A stretch of DNA of 61,511 bases, filler included, from Pseudomonadota bacterium (GTDB taxonomy: Bacteria > Desulfobacterota > Desulfobacteria > Desulfobacterales > JBDRRP01), in assembly GCA_043825735.1 (NCBI GenBank). It is 4 parts of 4 records of this genome, joined end to end, with 100 filler letters (N's around TTAATTAATTAA, not from the genome) between each part and the next. Parts side by side here need not be neighbours in the genome. Positions count along the whole stretch, not along the records: positions 39,822 to 57,899 come from JBDRRP010000133.1; positions 58,000 to 61,511 come from JBDRRP010000142.1; 2 more parts are not named here. The stretch is one strand, 5' to 3'. Each line of letters starts with the position of its first letter. Position 1 is the first letter of the stretch. The notes beneath the pieces were generated by a model that was not told the DNA's origin, searched no databases, and was given only the letters and a program-made list of their open reading frames with translations. This document shows positions 51,001-60,198 of the stretch, piece after piece. The position numbers were made by a program, and so were the translations under genes.

Positions 51001-51787
51001 CGAGGCCGATCCGTGGACTGAAAAAAGCCACGCCTTAAGGAAGCAGATACTTAAGGACATACGCGATCCCGGCAAGCGATCCTCAGCCAGTTTCAAACGG
51101 GCCGTAGGGGAGAAGCTTAAGGCATTGAAGGCGGATTACATCAACGCCTATATGGGGCTGCACAAAAAAGCGAGACTCAATCACGCCCAGGATAAAGCCA
51201 AGAGTGAGATCTCACGGGATTACCGGGTAGCCCAGCTTCAAAAGCTGACAGCCATCGATCTGCTCAATCGGCAGCAGCTCATCGAGTTCCAGGACCGGCT
51301 TGGTAAGCTGAAAACCTGTTTTGGACTGACTGAGCGTGACCTGGAAGCAGATCCCAAGTGCCCGCACTGCAACTTTTGGCCAGGCATGGAAACCGCCGGT
51401 CCCTCTGCCAACGCGGTCATAGATGCACTACGCAGCGATCTTAGTAATATGCATCGGTCATGGACGCAATCCTTGCTTTCGGATCTTGGGGACCCTGTTG
51501 TTCAGAAGAACTTTGAGTTGCTGAAGCCCAAGCAGCGCAAGATCATCGATGCCTTCATAGCTTCGAAAGAGATTCCGGATGAAATCGGAAACGACTTCCT
51601 GCAAGCATTAATGGATGCGCTTTCCGAACTTTCCAGCGTCCCGGTGAGGGTTGGCGACCTTCGCGCAGCTTTGTTCCCTGACAATGGGGCGGCGACGCCA
51701 GTGGAACTCAAGGACCGTTTCGAGAGGTTCATTTCGGATCTGCTTAAAGGGAAGGATGCAGGAAAAACCAGAATTGTGCTGGAATAG
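48077..51787 (+). CDS. brxC: BREX type 3 large ATPase (DUF6079, BrxC)
   Basis: FEPIESVIQL, GNYGTGKSH, VVDELLDYL, C-terminal CPHC; 1236 aa. Confidence 0.85.
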   Translation: MKYNELISFEPIESVIQLRDANREASARKHVSSYVISKEMCQRLSEVVIPHLQFHKPHDNKGLLIVGNYGTGKSHLLSFLSSIAENGELLPLITDTTVREAAQDIAGQFKVIRLEIGSTEMPFREIITSALEKNLEDMNVSFRFPEANQQYENKTAFEQLMGVFHKQYPNHGLLIVVDELLDYLRSRSDQPLILDLGFLRELGEVCKDLRFRFIAGVQEAIFESGRFAHVADSIRRVKDRFQQVRIASTDVKYVVANRLLSKSAEQIAKIREYLEPFTKFYGNMTERMDDFAQLFPMHPDYIETFEHIPIVEKRGVLQIISDTTRNLLNQDVPEDKIAVEAFDSYWQTISDNADNRAIPEVGEIIECSDVLRAKIKNAYTKPPYKPMALRIVDALSVHRLTTHDLYSPIGLTPEELRDGLCLYHNAVGSLPGDPAANLLTVVETALREIHRTVSGQFISSNKDNRQYYLDLKKVDDYDAIIEKRSGALDKNVLDRYYYDALRQVLECTDTPAFTGWQIWQHEIAWKERSAPRLGYLFFGTPSERSTAIPPRDFYFYFIQPFDAPRFTDEKLPDEVFFRLSEKDQSFEDGLKFYAAALELAAQSSGAKKDTYQKKATEHLTTLAKWMREHLLGSMDVTYQGQKKKLTRWLTGRPGGGGPMNIRDTVNAVGSACLAEHFGNLAPNYPTFSILLTTKSIPQAAQDAIRGIAQPAMRTKQATAVLDALELIDGDKLEPAQSQYAKTIIDLLKAKGQGQVMNRQEMIQSVNGVDYFMPEKFRLEPEWAVVLLASLVYSGDVVLSIPGAKFDATGLNTLATTTVDDLVKFKHIERPKDWNLPALKALFELMGLAPGLAVEVTQGSTAPVTQLHKTILEVIERLVLARQQLINGIPFWGQNLFTEQEIQGLSETLDKTKTFVESLQAYNAPGKLKNLKYDADEIKSHGSAFNRLKEIQDLEAFTLEIGQYAQYLSMAEGYLPEADPWTEKSHALRKQILKDIRDPGKRSSASFKRAVGEKLKALKADYINAYMGLHKKARLNHAQDKAKSEISRDYRVAQLQKLTAIDLLNRQQLIEFQDRLGKLKTCFGLTERDLEADPKCPHCNFWPGMETAGPSANAVIDALRSDLSNMHRSWTQSLLSDLGDPVVQKNFELLKPKQRKIIDAFIASKEIPDEIGNDFLQALMDALSELSSVPVRVGDLRAALFPDNGAATPVELKDRFERFISDLLKGKDAGKTRIVLE

Positions 51788-51799
51788 GTATATGGAAAG

Positions 51800-53638
51800 G
51801 TGGCTATGGACTGGAACGAGCTGATCGAAAAGCTCAACGGCTTTGAGTGGAATGACGTGGAGTTTAAGGAAGCGATTGAACATTGCCCGAAAAGCGCCTT
51901 CGAGTCGGTGTCTGCTTTCGCCAATACCGCAGGCGGGTGGCTTATTTTCGGGGTGAAAGAGGACAATGGCGTTTTCACCATTATCGGGGTCAAGCGCCTT
52001 GACCAAGTGGCCAGCGAATTTTTCTCTACACTGCGATCAGGCAATAAATGCAGCTTTATGCCGGATGTCAAAGAGAGCCGCATTCTACACGAAGATAAAA
52101 ATGTTCTGACCTTTTATGTCCCTGAAGCACCACGAGATGCGAAACCCGTATATCTGCATGGAGATCTGCGGCAAACATACATCCGTAAAGCCGGAAATGA
52201 CCAGAGGTGTTCACCGAAGGAGATTGAGCAATTCCATCGAAACCGGTCGGACAGACCTTACGACAGCGAGTTTTTAGATCTCAATTTCGAAGGCCTTTTC
52301 GATGAAGAGACCATAAAATGGTACCGATCCCAGTGGCAACCTCGGAACCCCGATAAACTCACAGATGCTTCCACATTAGATTTCTTGAAATATTATGGTC
52401 TAATTGCAGAGGTAGGAGGCAAACCCAGACCTACCCGTGCCGCCGTGCTCTTGTTCGGCACAGAGGCTGCCATTCTTTCTATTCTGCCTCGGCCCGTAGC
52501 AGATTTTCGGCGTATCGGAGTCACTTTTGACATGGGCATCCCAGACGAGAACCGCTGGGAGGACCGCGGAGTCATGGAATGTAATCTCATGACAGCCTGG
52601 CGTCTAATTCTGGAGCACTATCGCAAGGCATCGGATGTACCATTCTCACTGGACAAAGTAACGCTGAGGCGAGAAGACAGACCCCCTGACTATATTGCGT
52701 TTCGCGAAGCACTCATAAACCTGCTCACTCACCAGGATTTCGGGGACCAGACGCGTAAAGCATCCATCCAGTTGTTCCGGGATCGGATGATTTTCTGGAA
52801 TCCCGGCTCATCCATAGTGTCTCGCGAAGAGATGTTCACCCCGGGTGACCGACCGGTAAGAAACCCTCGCATCGTCAGCGCCTTTCAGCGCATTGGTCTC
52901 GGAGAGCAAGCCGGCACCGGTATGGGCGCCATTTATTCTAACTGGCGCCAGCTTAAACGCATTCCCCCGATGATCGAAAACGACAAGTCCGGTCACAGCT
53001 TCTGCCTGCATTTGCTTGGTGACGAACTTGTATCTGAGGAACAGCTGCTTTTCCAAGCCAAGTTAGGGGTTCACCTCTCTGAGGACGAAGCTGCCCTCTT
53101 TTCTCAAGTATGGCGACAGGGCCAGATATGGCCATTGGAAGCCAGGGCAATCACCGGGCGATCTGGAACTGAAACCATTGTAATTCTTAAACATCTCGTG
53201 GTCCAGAATCTTGTCGAGTTGCGTAAAGGCCAACACGATGAACATTATGTCCTTGCGCCACATCTTAGGGAGATCCTCCACGGTAAATCTCCACAGCCAG
53301 AAAAGCCTATCATGGAAAGGTCGGTCACTATCCAACCTGATGCGAGTGATGAGAGGTTGGTCACGGACACAGCCAAACCACTCAAACGTCTGACAGAGAC
53401 CCAACGCAAGATTGTCCTTTTCTGCGACCAGCCGAAACCGATCGCCCAAATAATGAGATACTTGGACGTATCCAATCGCACATTTCTGCGCCGGACACAC
53501 CTGTCTCCATTGATTGAGGCGGGTGTCCTGCGATTGACGATGCCGGACAATCCTAACCATCCAAGACAGGCATACGTCCTGACGGATACTGGGCTCGATC
53601 TTAAAAAGAAGCTGGATGCAGGGGAAAAATCTAAATGA
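51800..53638 (+). CDS. Schlafen/AlbA_2 + HATPase-like + winged-helix protein
   Basis: EWNDVEFKEA...SAFANTAGG.LIFGV, REALINLLTHQD, RNP, GEQAGTG, C-terminal PDNPNHPRQAY. Confidence 0.85.
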   Translation: MAMDWNELIEKLNGFEWNDVEFKEAIEHCPKSAFESVSAFANTAGGWLIFGVKEDNGVFTIIGVKRLDQVASEFFSTLRSGNKCSFMPDVKESRILHEDKNVLTFYVPEAPRDAKPVYLHGDLRQTYIRKAGNDQRCSPKEIEQFHRNRSDRPYDSEFLDLNFEGLFDEETIKWYRSQWQPRNPDKLTDASTLDFLKYYGLIAEVGGKPRPTRAAVLLFGTEAAILSILPRPVADFRRIGVTFDMGIPDENRWEDRGVMECNLMTAWRLILEHYRKASDVPFSLDKVTLRREDRPPDYIAFREALINLLTHQDFGDQTRKASIQLFRDRMIFWNPGSSIVSREEMFTPGDRPVRNPRIVSAFQRIGLGEQAGTGMGAIYSNWRQLKRIPPMIENDKSGHSFCLHLLGDELVSEEQLLFQAKLGVHLSEDEAALFSQVWRQGQIWPLEARAITGRSGTETIVILKHLVVQNLVELRKGQHDEHYVLAPHLREILHGKSPQPEKPIMERSVTIQPDASDERLVTDTAKPLKRLTETQRKIVLFCDQPKPIAQIMRYLDVSNRTFLRRTHLSPLIEAGVLRLTMPDNPNHPRQAYVLTDTGLDLKKKLDAGEKSK

Positions 53639-53847
53639 CTGGGAAATGAGGGCACTTACTTGATCAGTGGACAAGTCGCCAGTTAACGGCTGCTACTTGT
53701 CCACTATCGACGTGCACATGTGCTGTGATATCTTCCATTTTGTTCAGTGACCAAGCCAGAGCTTGGTCAGTCGATGAGTGACCAACCTACAGTAAGGTAA
53801 GGCACAGGTTAGTCACTGACCAAGTTTTCAGAAGGGAGTAGCGACAT

Positions 53848-56733
53848 ATGCCACAGATGAAACGGATAGGCGGGGGGATGCAAAAAAACCTTGGCCTGCC
53901 ATCTATGTCTGACCAATCAGGGCCAGTTGAATGCCTCGGGATTGAATTTCCGAACGACGAAGCCAGACGCGAGCATTTCCTTGTGAAATTGGCAGAAAAG
54001 CTAAAGGACCCTGAATTTCGCAAAATCGAAGGGTTTCCCCTCGGTAAAGATGAGGACATTCTCGCGCTATCCGACCCGCCGTATTACACGGCCTGTCCTA
54101 ATCCATGGTTTGGTGATTTTGTCCAGAACTATGGGAAGCCATACAAGCCAAAAGGCAGCTACCACCGGGAGCCATTTGCTGCAGATGTTAGTGAGGGGAA
54201 GAAACACGCACTATACACTGCCCACTCGTACTACACTAAAGTGCCTCATGAGGCAATTATGCAGTTCATAATGCACTACACGGTACCAGGCGATATCATT
54301 GTCGATGGTTTTGCCGGCACTGGGATGACTGGATTGGCTGCACGCTTGTGTGCTTCGCCATCTCCCGTAATAAAGCAAAAAATCGAAATACAAGCCAAGA
54401 GCTATGGATTTGATGCGCCTAAATGGGGCCCACGCAATGCAATACTAAGCGATCTTTCACCAATGGCTTCCTTCATAGCTTCCAACTACAACTTGCCATT
54501 CGATATTGATAAATTCAGATGTGCCGGTGATGATTTGCTGAATCGATTATCGCATGAAGTCGGATGGATGTATGAAACAACGCATATCGATGGACGAACA
54601 AAAGGGCAAATTCAGTACACTGTGTGGAGTGAGGTTTTCACTTGCTACGAATGTGGTGAAGAAGTCGTGTTTTTAGAGCGAGCTCTCGATAAAGAAACAA
54701 ACCGAGTAAATCCAAATTTTACATGCGCTCACTGTGGCATAGAGCTAACTAAACGAAATATGGAACGTCGTTATACGACTATCTACGATAGCGATTTAGA
54801 GCGAAATATCCAAAGACCAATTCGCAGGCCCGTTTTAATCCATTACATTGTAACTGGCTCTAAATTTAGTAAAATCCCTGATGAAGAGGATTTATCTATT
54901 TTGGAAAGGATATCTAAACTCCCTTTACCCCATACTGTGCCAAAGCAGTTATTGCCTTACATGCACATGACGCATGAACGTGCTCGGATGGATCATTCGG
55001 GGATTACAAATGTCCATCACTTTTATAGTGAACGACAGGCACAAGCAATGGGTACAATGTGGGATATGGCAACCAAAGAGCCTGCCCCTCGTTTACGGCA
55101 TATGCTATTATTCCTCGTTGAGCAGGGAATTAGAAACCTATCGTTATTGAATGCATTTGAGCCCTTAGCATTTTCACAAAATGCTCGCGGTCAAAAGGGT
55201 GTGTATTACGTTCCAAGTCAGCACTCTGAAGTTTCACCTTGGTATTTTTTTGAGGGGAAACTCGCTCGACTGTCTAAAGCATTTCAAGAGGTTACAAACG
55301 CGGATGGCCGTGTTTGCATGGGATGCGGAGATGCCGCTCACCTCTTACTGCCCGATGATTCTGTTGATTATGTTTTTACAGATCCACCATTTGGGGAAAA
55401 CATATACTATTCGGATATGAATTACCTTTTTGAGTCATGGCACCATGTATTCACCAATGCTGATCCAGAGGCGATTGTAGACAAATCTCGGAAAAAGGGA
55501 CTTGATGAGTACCGGCGACTTATTGGTCGATGCATGCGTGAGTATTTTCGAGTCCTAAAGCCAGGGCGATGGATAACTGTTGTCTTTTCAAACTCGAGAG
55601 CTGCTGTTTGGAACGCTATCCAAAGTGCACTGCAGGAAGCTGGCTTTGTCGTTGCAAATGTTTCTGCGTTGGATAAGAAGCAGAGTAGTTATCGAGCGGT
55701 AACATCTCCAACAGCTGTAAAACAAGATTTAGTTATTTCGGCTTACAAGCCTAACGGTGGTTTAGAAGAGCGGTTTTCAAAGAAGGCGGCGTCCGAAGAA
55801 GGTGTCTGGGAGTTTATCAAAACCCATCTTAGCAATCTTCCTGTCGTCCGTCCAAGAGGTGGACAACTTGAGCCCATTGCAGAACGTGATCCCCGAATAC
55901 TTTACGATCGTACAGTGGCTTATTATGTCATCCACAATATTCCAGTTCCAATCTCATCACCGGAGTTCCAAGCTGGTCTTGCGGACAAGTTCCCTGAACG
56001 GGACGGTATGTATTTCCTTCCGGAGCAAGCAGCCGAGTATGACAAAACGCGCATGAAAGTGGAGGGTATCGGCCAGCTTAGTATTTTTGTCGAGGACGAG
56101 CGCAGCGCTGCCAACTGGTTGCGCAGCTACCTAAAAAAGAAGCCATCAAAGTACCAGGATATCCAACCGGAGTTTTTCGAACAGTTGAACCAGAGCTGGA
56201 AAAAATGGGAAACCCGGCCAGAGCTGCGAGCAATGCTTGATCAGTATTTTCTTTGCTATCATGCGGAAAACGATGTTCCATCCCAGATCCACAGCTACCT
56301 TTCAACGAATTTCAAGGAATTGCGAAATCTGACGGCGGATAACGCCATGCTGAAGGCAAAAGCGCGTGACCGCTGGTATGTACCGGACCCGAAAAACCAG
56401 GTGCAGGTTGAGCAATTGCGCGAAAAGCGACTTTTGGAGGAGTTCTGGACCTATCTGCCACCTGGATACGAGGCGGCGGCTCGAAAAAACACACCTCAGC
56501 AGAATCTCCCGGGGATTGATCAACCCACTGCCAAGATTCCCAAGGGTAAACGATTGGCAATTGTTAGGACCGAGGCGGTACGTGTTGGCTTCAACCATTG
56601 CTTCGGCCGGAATGATTACGAAACTATCATTGCCGTGGCGCATTACATCCCAAATGATGTTATCCAAAACGACGAACAGTTGCAGATGATTTATGACAGT
56701 GCCGTCACCCGAAGCGGCATTGATGAAGAATGA
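53848..56733 (+). CDS. BREX type 3 amino-DNA methyltransferase (PglXI-like)
   Basis: SDPPYYTACPNPW, HSYYTKVP, SAM motif DGFAGTGMTG, catalytic DPPF; start uncertain (53848/53878/53905). Confidence 0.85.
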   Translation: MPQMKRIGGGMQKNLGLPSMSDQSGPVECLGIEFPNDEARREHFLVKLAEKLKDPEFRKIEGFPLGKDEDILALSDPPYYTACPNPWFGDFVQNYGKPYKPKGSYHREPFAADVSEGKKHALYTAHSYYTKVPHEAIMQFIMHYTVPGDIIVDGFAGTGMTGLAARLCASPSPVIKQKIEIQAKSYGFDAPKWGPRNAILSDLSPMASFIASNYNLPFDIDKFRCAGDDLLNRLSHEVGWMYETTHIDGRTKGQIQYTVWSEVFTCYECGEEVVFLERALDKETNRVNPNFTCAHCGIELTKRNMERRYTTIYDSDLERNIQRPIRRPVLIHYIVTGSKFSKIPDEEDLSILERISKLPLPHTVPKQLLPYMHMTHERARMDHSGITNVHHFYSERQAQAMGTMWDMATKEPAPRLRHMLLFLVEQGIRNLSLLNAFEPLAFSQNARGQKGVYYVPSQHSEVSPWYFFEGKLARLSKAFQEVTNADGRVCMGCGDAAHLLLPDDSVDYVFTDPPFGENIYYSDMNYLFESWHHVFTNADPEAIVDKSRKKGLDEYRRLIGRCMREYFRVLKPGRWITVVFSNSRAAVWNAIQSALQEAGFVVANVSALDKKQSSYRAVTSPTAVKQDLVISAYKPNGGLEERFSKKAASEEGVWEFIKTHLSNLPVVRPRGGQLEPIAERDPRILYDRTVAYYVIHNIPVPISSPEFQAGLADKFPERDGMYFLPEQAAEYDKTRMKVEGIGQLSIFVEDERSAANWLRSYLKKKPSKYQDIQPEFFEQLNQSWKKWETRPELRAMLDQYFLCYHAENDVPSQIHSYLSTNFKELRNLTADNAMLKAKARDRWYVPDPKNQVQVEQLREKRLLEEFWTYLPPGYEAAARKNTPQQNLPGIDQPTAKIPKGKRLAIVRTEAVRVGFNHCFGRNDYETIIAVAHYIPNDVIQNDEQLQMIYDSAVTRSGIDEE

Positions 56734-57899
56734 CAGGCATCATGGCGAATGACCAAGAAACAGGTGAAGCTTTAAATGAATGGGCCTGGTCAAAGACACA
56801 CAAGGCTCTGGTTCGAATCGTAGAATCGATAGACCTTTGGGATTTGCCTTCCGTCCGCATCTGGCTGCCGGACCGGGATGCCATTGTGCAGGTGCCGGCA
56901 AACGATCTGGTGGCGCCGTATCTTGCCATGGAGAGCAAGACAGTGGAAGCTCGCTTGCGATATCTACTCATGGCGGCACGGCTGTCCAATCTGCTAACCG
57001 AAGATGTGTTGCTTGCACCGATTGACGCTTCCGTTATCCCTTTGCCTCACCAAATCAGGGCACTGCGAAAAGCCATTTCGAGGGACCGCGTTCGATTTCT
57101 GCTGGCGGATGAGGTCGGGTTGGGAAAAACCATCGAGGCAGGACTCATCCTCCGGGAGCTGAAGCTTCGCGGTTTGGTAACCCGGACGCTGGTGATTTCC
57201 CCGCGTGGGTTGATCATGCAATGGATCGCCGAGATGAAGACACATTTCGGCGAGAAGTTCCGTCATTTCCAGCCAGCCGATTTTCCATCATACCGCCGGA
57301 TTGCGGAGACTGACAACATCTGGCAAGCGTATCCGCAGATCATCTGTTCGCTCGACGCGGTGAAACCCCTGGAGTCTCGAAAAGGTTGGAGCCGGGAGCA
57401 ACTCGACCAGCACAACCAGGATCGTTTTCTGGATCTCATTAGCGCAGGCTGGGACCTGATCATTGTCGATGAAGCGCACCGCATGGGAGGAAGCACTGCC
57501 CAAGTGGCACGACACCAACTGGGAAAAGGCTTGGCCGAGGCTGCGCCATACCTGCTCCTGCTCTCGGCGACCCCGCATCAGGGAAAGAGCGATGCCTTCC
57601 ACCGGCTTCTTACACTGTTGGATCGAGACGCCTTCCCGGACCCATCCAGTGTCGTGAAGGAGCGCGTTCTTCCTTACGTAATCAGGACCGAAAAGCGACA
57701 AGCGATCGATGCCGATGGAAAACCGCTTTTCAAGCCGCGTGTCACCAAGATGGTCACCATCCCTTGGAAACCTGAGCATGAAAGCCAACGCCAGCTTTAC
57801 GAATCTGTTACCGAGTATGTGCGAGCGGGCTACAACCGGGCTTTGAGAGAAAAAAAGGGATATCTTGGCTTTCTGATGATTCTCATGCAGCGCTTGGTC
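56730..57899 (+). CDS. SNF2-family helicase (BrxHII-like), truncated by contig end
   Basis: PLPHQ, LADEVGLGKT, VDEAH, LSATPHQG. Confidence 0.88.
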
Positions 57900-57999
57900 N
57901 NNNNNNNNNNNNNNNNNNNNNNNNNNNNNNNNNNNNNNNNNNNTTAATTAATTAANNNNNNNNNNNNNNNNNNNNNNNNNNNNNNNNNNNNNNNNNNNN
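57900..57999. other. Artificial contig linker
   Basis: N44-TTAATTAATTAA-N44. Confidence 0.99.
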
Positions 58000-58770
58000 T
58001 CCAGGCCGACCGTATTTTTCATGGACGATCTGGGGCAGGCGGCGCCGGCGGTGCAGGCGACGTGCATGCAGCTTTTGAAAGCCCGGCGCGTTGGCGAAAA
58101 AAAGATCAGCGACCACGTCCGCATTATCGCGGCAACCAACTTCAAGTCGGCTAAAGCCGGCGTGTTCGGGATGCTCGAACCAGTGAAATCCCGGTTCGTG
58201 TCCATCCTGCAGTTGGAGGTTTCGGTCGACGATTGGATCAAATGGGCGCTTGCCAACGACGTGCCGCTGCCGCTCATCGGGTTTATCCGGTGGAAGCCTG
58301 ACATGCTGCACCAGTTCAAGGCCAGTAGCGACATGACCAACACCCCTTCGCCGCGCACGGTCACCAATGTCGGCAAATGCCAGAACATCCTGGAGGCAGC
58401 GGCCAACGGCGGCGCAATCGATCCGACCCTGGAGTTTGAAATGTTCAAGGGCGCGGCCGGTGAGGCGTTTGCAACCGAGTACTGCGGTCACTTGCAACTG
58501 GCCCGGGCGGCGTTTGATCCCGATGCGATTCTGATGGACCCGGACAACGCGCCGATTCCTGACAGCCTGGACATGCGCTATGCGATCTGCGGTGCAGTTG
58601 CCATGCGCGCCAGTCAGAAGACGGCGGGGCGGATCATCACCTACGCAAACCGCCTGCCCGAGGAGTTTAACGTGCTCATGGTGCGCGATTGCCAGGCTCG
58701 CAACCAGGGCTTCCAGATGTCCAAGGAATTTAAGAAGTGGTTTCAGGACCATAAGGACGTGATGATCTAA
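58000..58770 (+). CDS. MoxR-like AAA+ ATPase, 5'-truncated
   Basis: Walker B VFFMDD, AATN sensor, SRF, TPSPRT; frame open to contig start. Confidence 0.8.
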   Translation, partial: SRPTVFFMDDLGQAAPAVQATCMQLLKARRVGEKKISDHVRIIAATNFKSAKAGVFGMLEPVKSRFVSILQLEVSVDDWIKWALANDVPLPLIGFIRWKPDMLHQFKASSDMTNTPSPRTVTNVGKCQNILEAAANGGAIDPTLEFEMFKGAAGEAFATEYCGHLQLARAAFDPDAILMDPDNAPIPDSLDMRYAICGAVAMRASQKTAGRIITYANRLPEEFNVLMVRDCQARNQGFQMSKEFKKWFQDHKDVMI

Positions 58771-59159
58771 TGATCGAAAAACTCTCCATTGATCGGTACA
58801 TGCTGACGAATACGAACTGCCGGCGGGTGGTTTTGGGGAATCTGGTGATGTTTTACTCCTATGAAACGCCGGTCGGCTTTTACCACCCGAGATATGGCGG
58901 GTACAAAACCGAAAACCTTTGGGGCCCGACTACCGGAAAGCACTTGAGGCACATGCCGGGCTTCAAAGAGACGGTCCCGAACAATCGGTTTCTCCAGCTT
59001 TTGGAGAAAGCGTTCAAATGGACGATCTCTGAGCTTTTCGACACGCTCACTGCGATTCAATTTAGCAACAAGGAGGCCATGGGCCATGATCAGCATTCAG
59101 GAGACAGCGATCCGAGTATCGCTGACAATAACGAAGTGGGGTGTATCCAAGAGGGATGA
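58770..59159 (+). CDS. Hypothetical phage-type small protein
   Basis: FYSYETPV...WGPTTGKH; translationally coupled to the ATPase stop. Confidence 0.6.
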   Translation: MIEKLSIDRYMLTNTNCRRVVLGNLVMFYSYETPVGFYHPRYGGYKTENLWGPTTGKHLRHMPGFKETVPNNRFLQLLEKAFKWTISELFDTLTAIQFSNKEAMGHDQHSGDSDPSIADNNEVGCIQEG

Positions 59160-59961
59160 CGAGGTAACGAGCAAGGCCATCGCCGAGGCCGAGGCCACTG
59201 CCGATGCGGGCAATTTCAACAAGCGCCTTCTGGCCAAACGCTACACCGAGAACATCGACCGGATCGCCAACGAGGCCCGAAAGCTTTTTCGGGAAAGCAC
59301 GCTCCCCTGGGGAAAAAAGGATCGAATCCTTCCCATGGCGATGCTGGAGGACTTTCGCCTCAAGATCAAAGCGATCAAGCGCGAATACTTCCAGGCGGTC
59401 GGCACGCTGGCCCTGGTGTTTCCTTCGGCGGTCGCCGAACGAGCGTCTGAATTGGGAGCCATGCACAACCCGAACGAATACCCCTCGGTTGATGATCTGC
59501 AAAAGGCCTACACGTTCGAGCTGGATGTGGCGAACATCGAGGACGCAAACGATCTGCGGGTTGCAGTGTCGAAAGAAGCGGCCGATGAGATCGCCAAGGA
59601 GATCCGGCGCGGCGTCCAGCTTCGCATCGATTCAGCGGTCGAGGATCTGTTTGGCCGGGCGCAGGCGGTCATCGGCCGGATGGTCAGCTCTTTGACCGAG
59701 GACAAGCGGTTTTCAGCGACGATGGTTTCGGGCATCGAGGACCTTGCCGACCTTTTGCCGCGGCTCAATGTGCTGGGCGATCAGAAGCTCGAAAATTTGG
59801 CGCAGCGGATGAAGCGGGAGCTTTGCCAATATACGGTTGAGGACATCCGAAAGAATCCGGCCGTTAAGCAGACGGTGCTCGATCGCGCCAAGGCCCTTCA
59901 GGAAAACGTGAATCTGATGGCGAACTTTATGGATGAAGTCGACATCCAGAAAGCAGCATAG
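59086..59961 (+). CDS. DUF3150-like hypothetical protein
   Basis: AAGGAGG RBS; SLTITKW, KRLL, TLPW, EYPS, LPRLN pattern recalled from proteins next to MoxR/VWA genes. Confidence 0.6.
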   Translation: MISIQETAIRVSLTITKWGVSKRDDEVTSKAIAEAEATADAGNFNKRLLAKRYTENIDRIANEARKLFRESTLPWGKKDRILPMAMLEDFRLKIKAIKREYFQAVGTLALVFPSAVAERASELGAMHNPNEYPSVDDLQKAYTFELDVANIEDANDLRVAVSKEAADEIAKEIRRGVQLRIDSAVEDLFGRAQAVIGRMVSSLTEDKRFSATMVSGIEDLADLLPRLNVLGDQKLENLAQRMKRELCQYTVEDIRKNPAVKQTVLDRAKALQENVNLMANFMDEVDIQKAA

Positions 59962-59973
59962 GGGAGGGGGCAT

Positions 59974-60198
59974 TTGTCAAAAGCTGACGATGGCCAGCAA
60001 TGGTTGAAAAGCGTTCTTGAGGAAATCGTGGCGCTATTGTGGATTCTGGTTGCAGTAGCGCTTTTCTTTCTGGCCCTCCATTTCCAATCGGTTATCGCGT
60101 CGGTCCTTGCCGGCGCGCTGGCCGTCTACGGGGGGCTTAATCTGCGGCTTGCATGGGCACTGGCCAAAAAACCACCGGAGGCTACAGATGAATCCTGA
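59974..60198 (+). CDS. Small two-TM membrane protein
   Basis: GGAGG RBS, TTG start, two hydrophobic stretches. Confidence 0.55.
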   Translation: MSKADDGQQWLKSVLEEIVALLWILVAVALFFLALHFQSVIASVLAGALAVYGGLNLRLAWALAKKPPEATDES

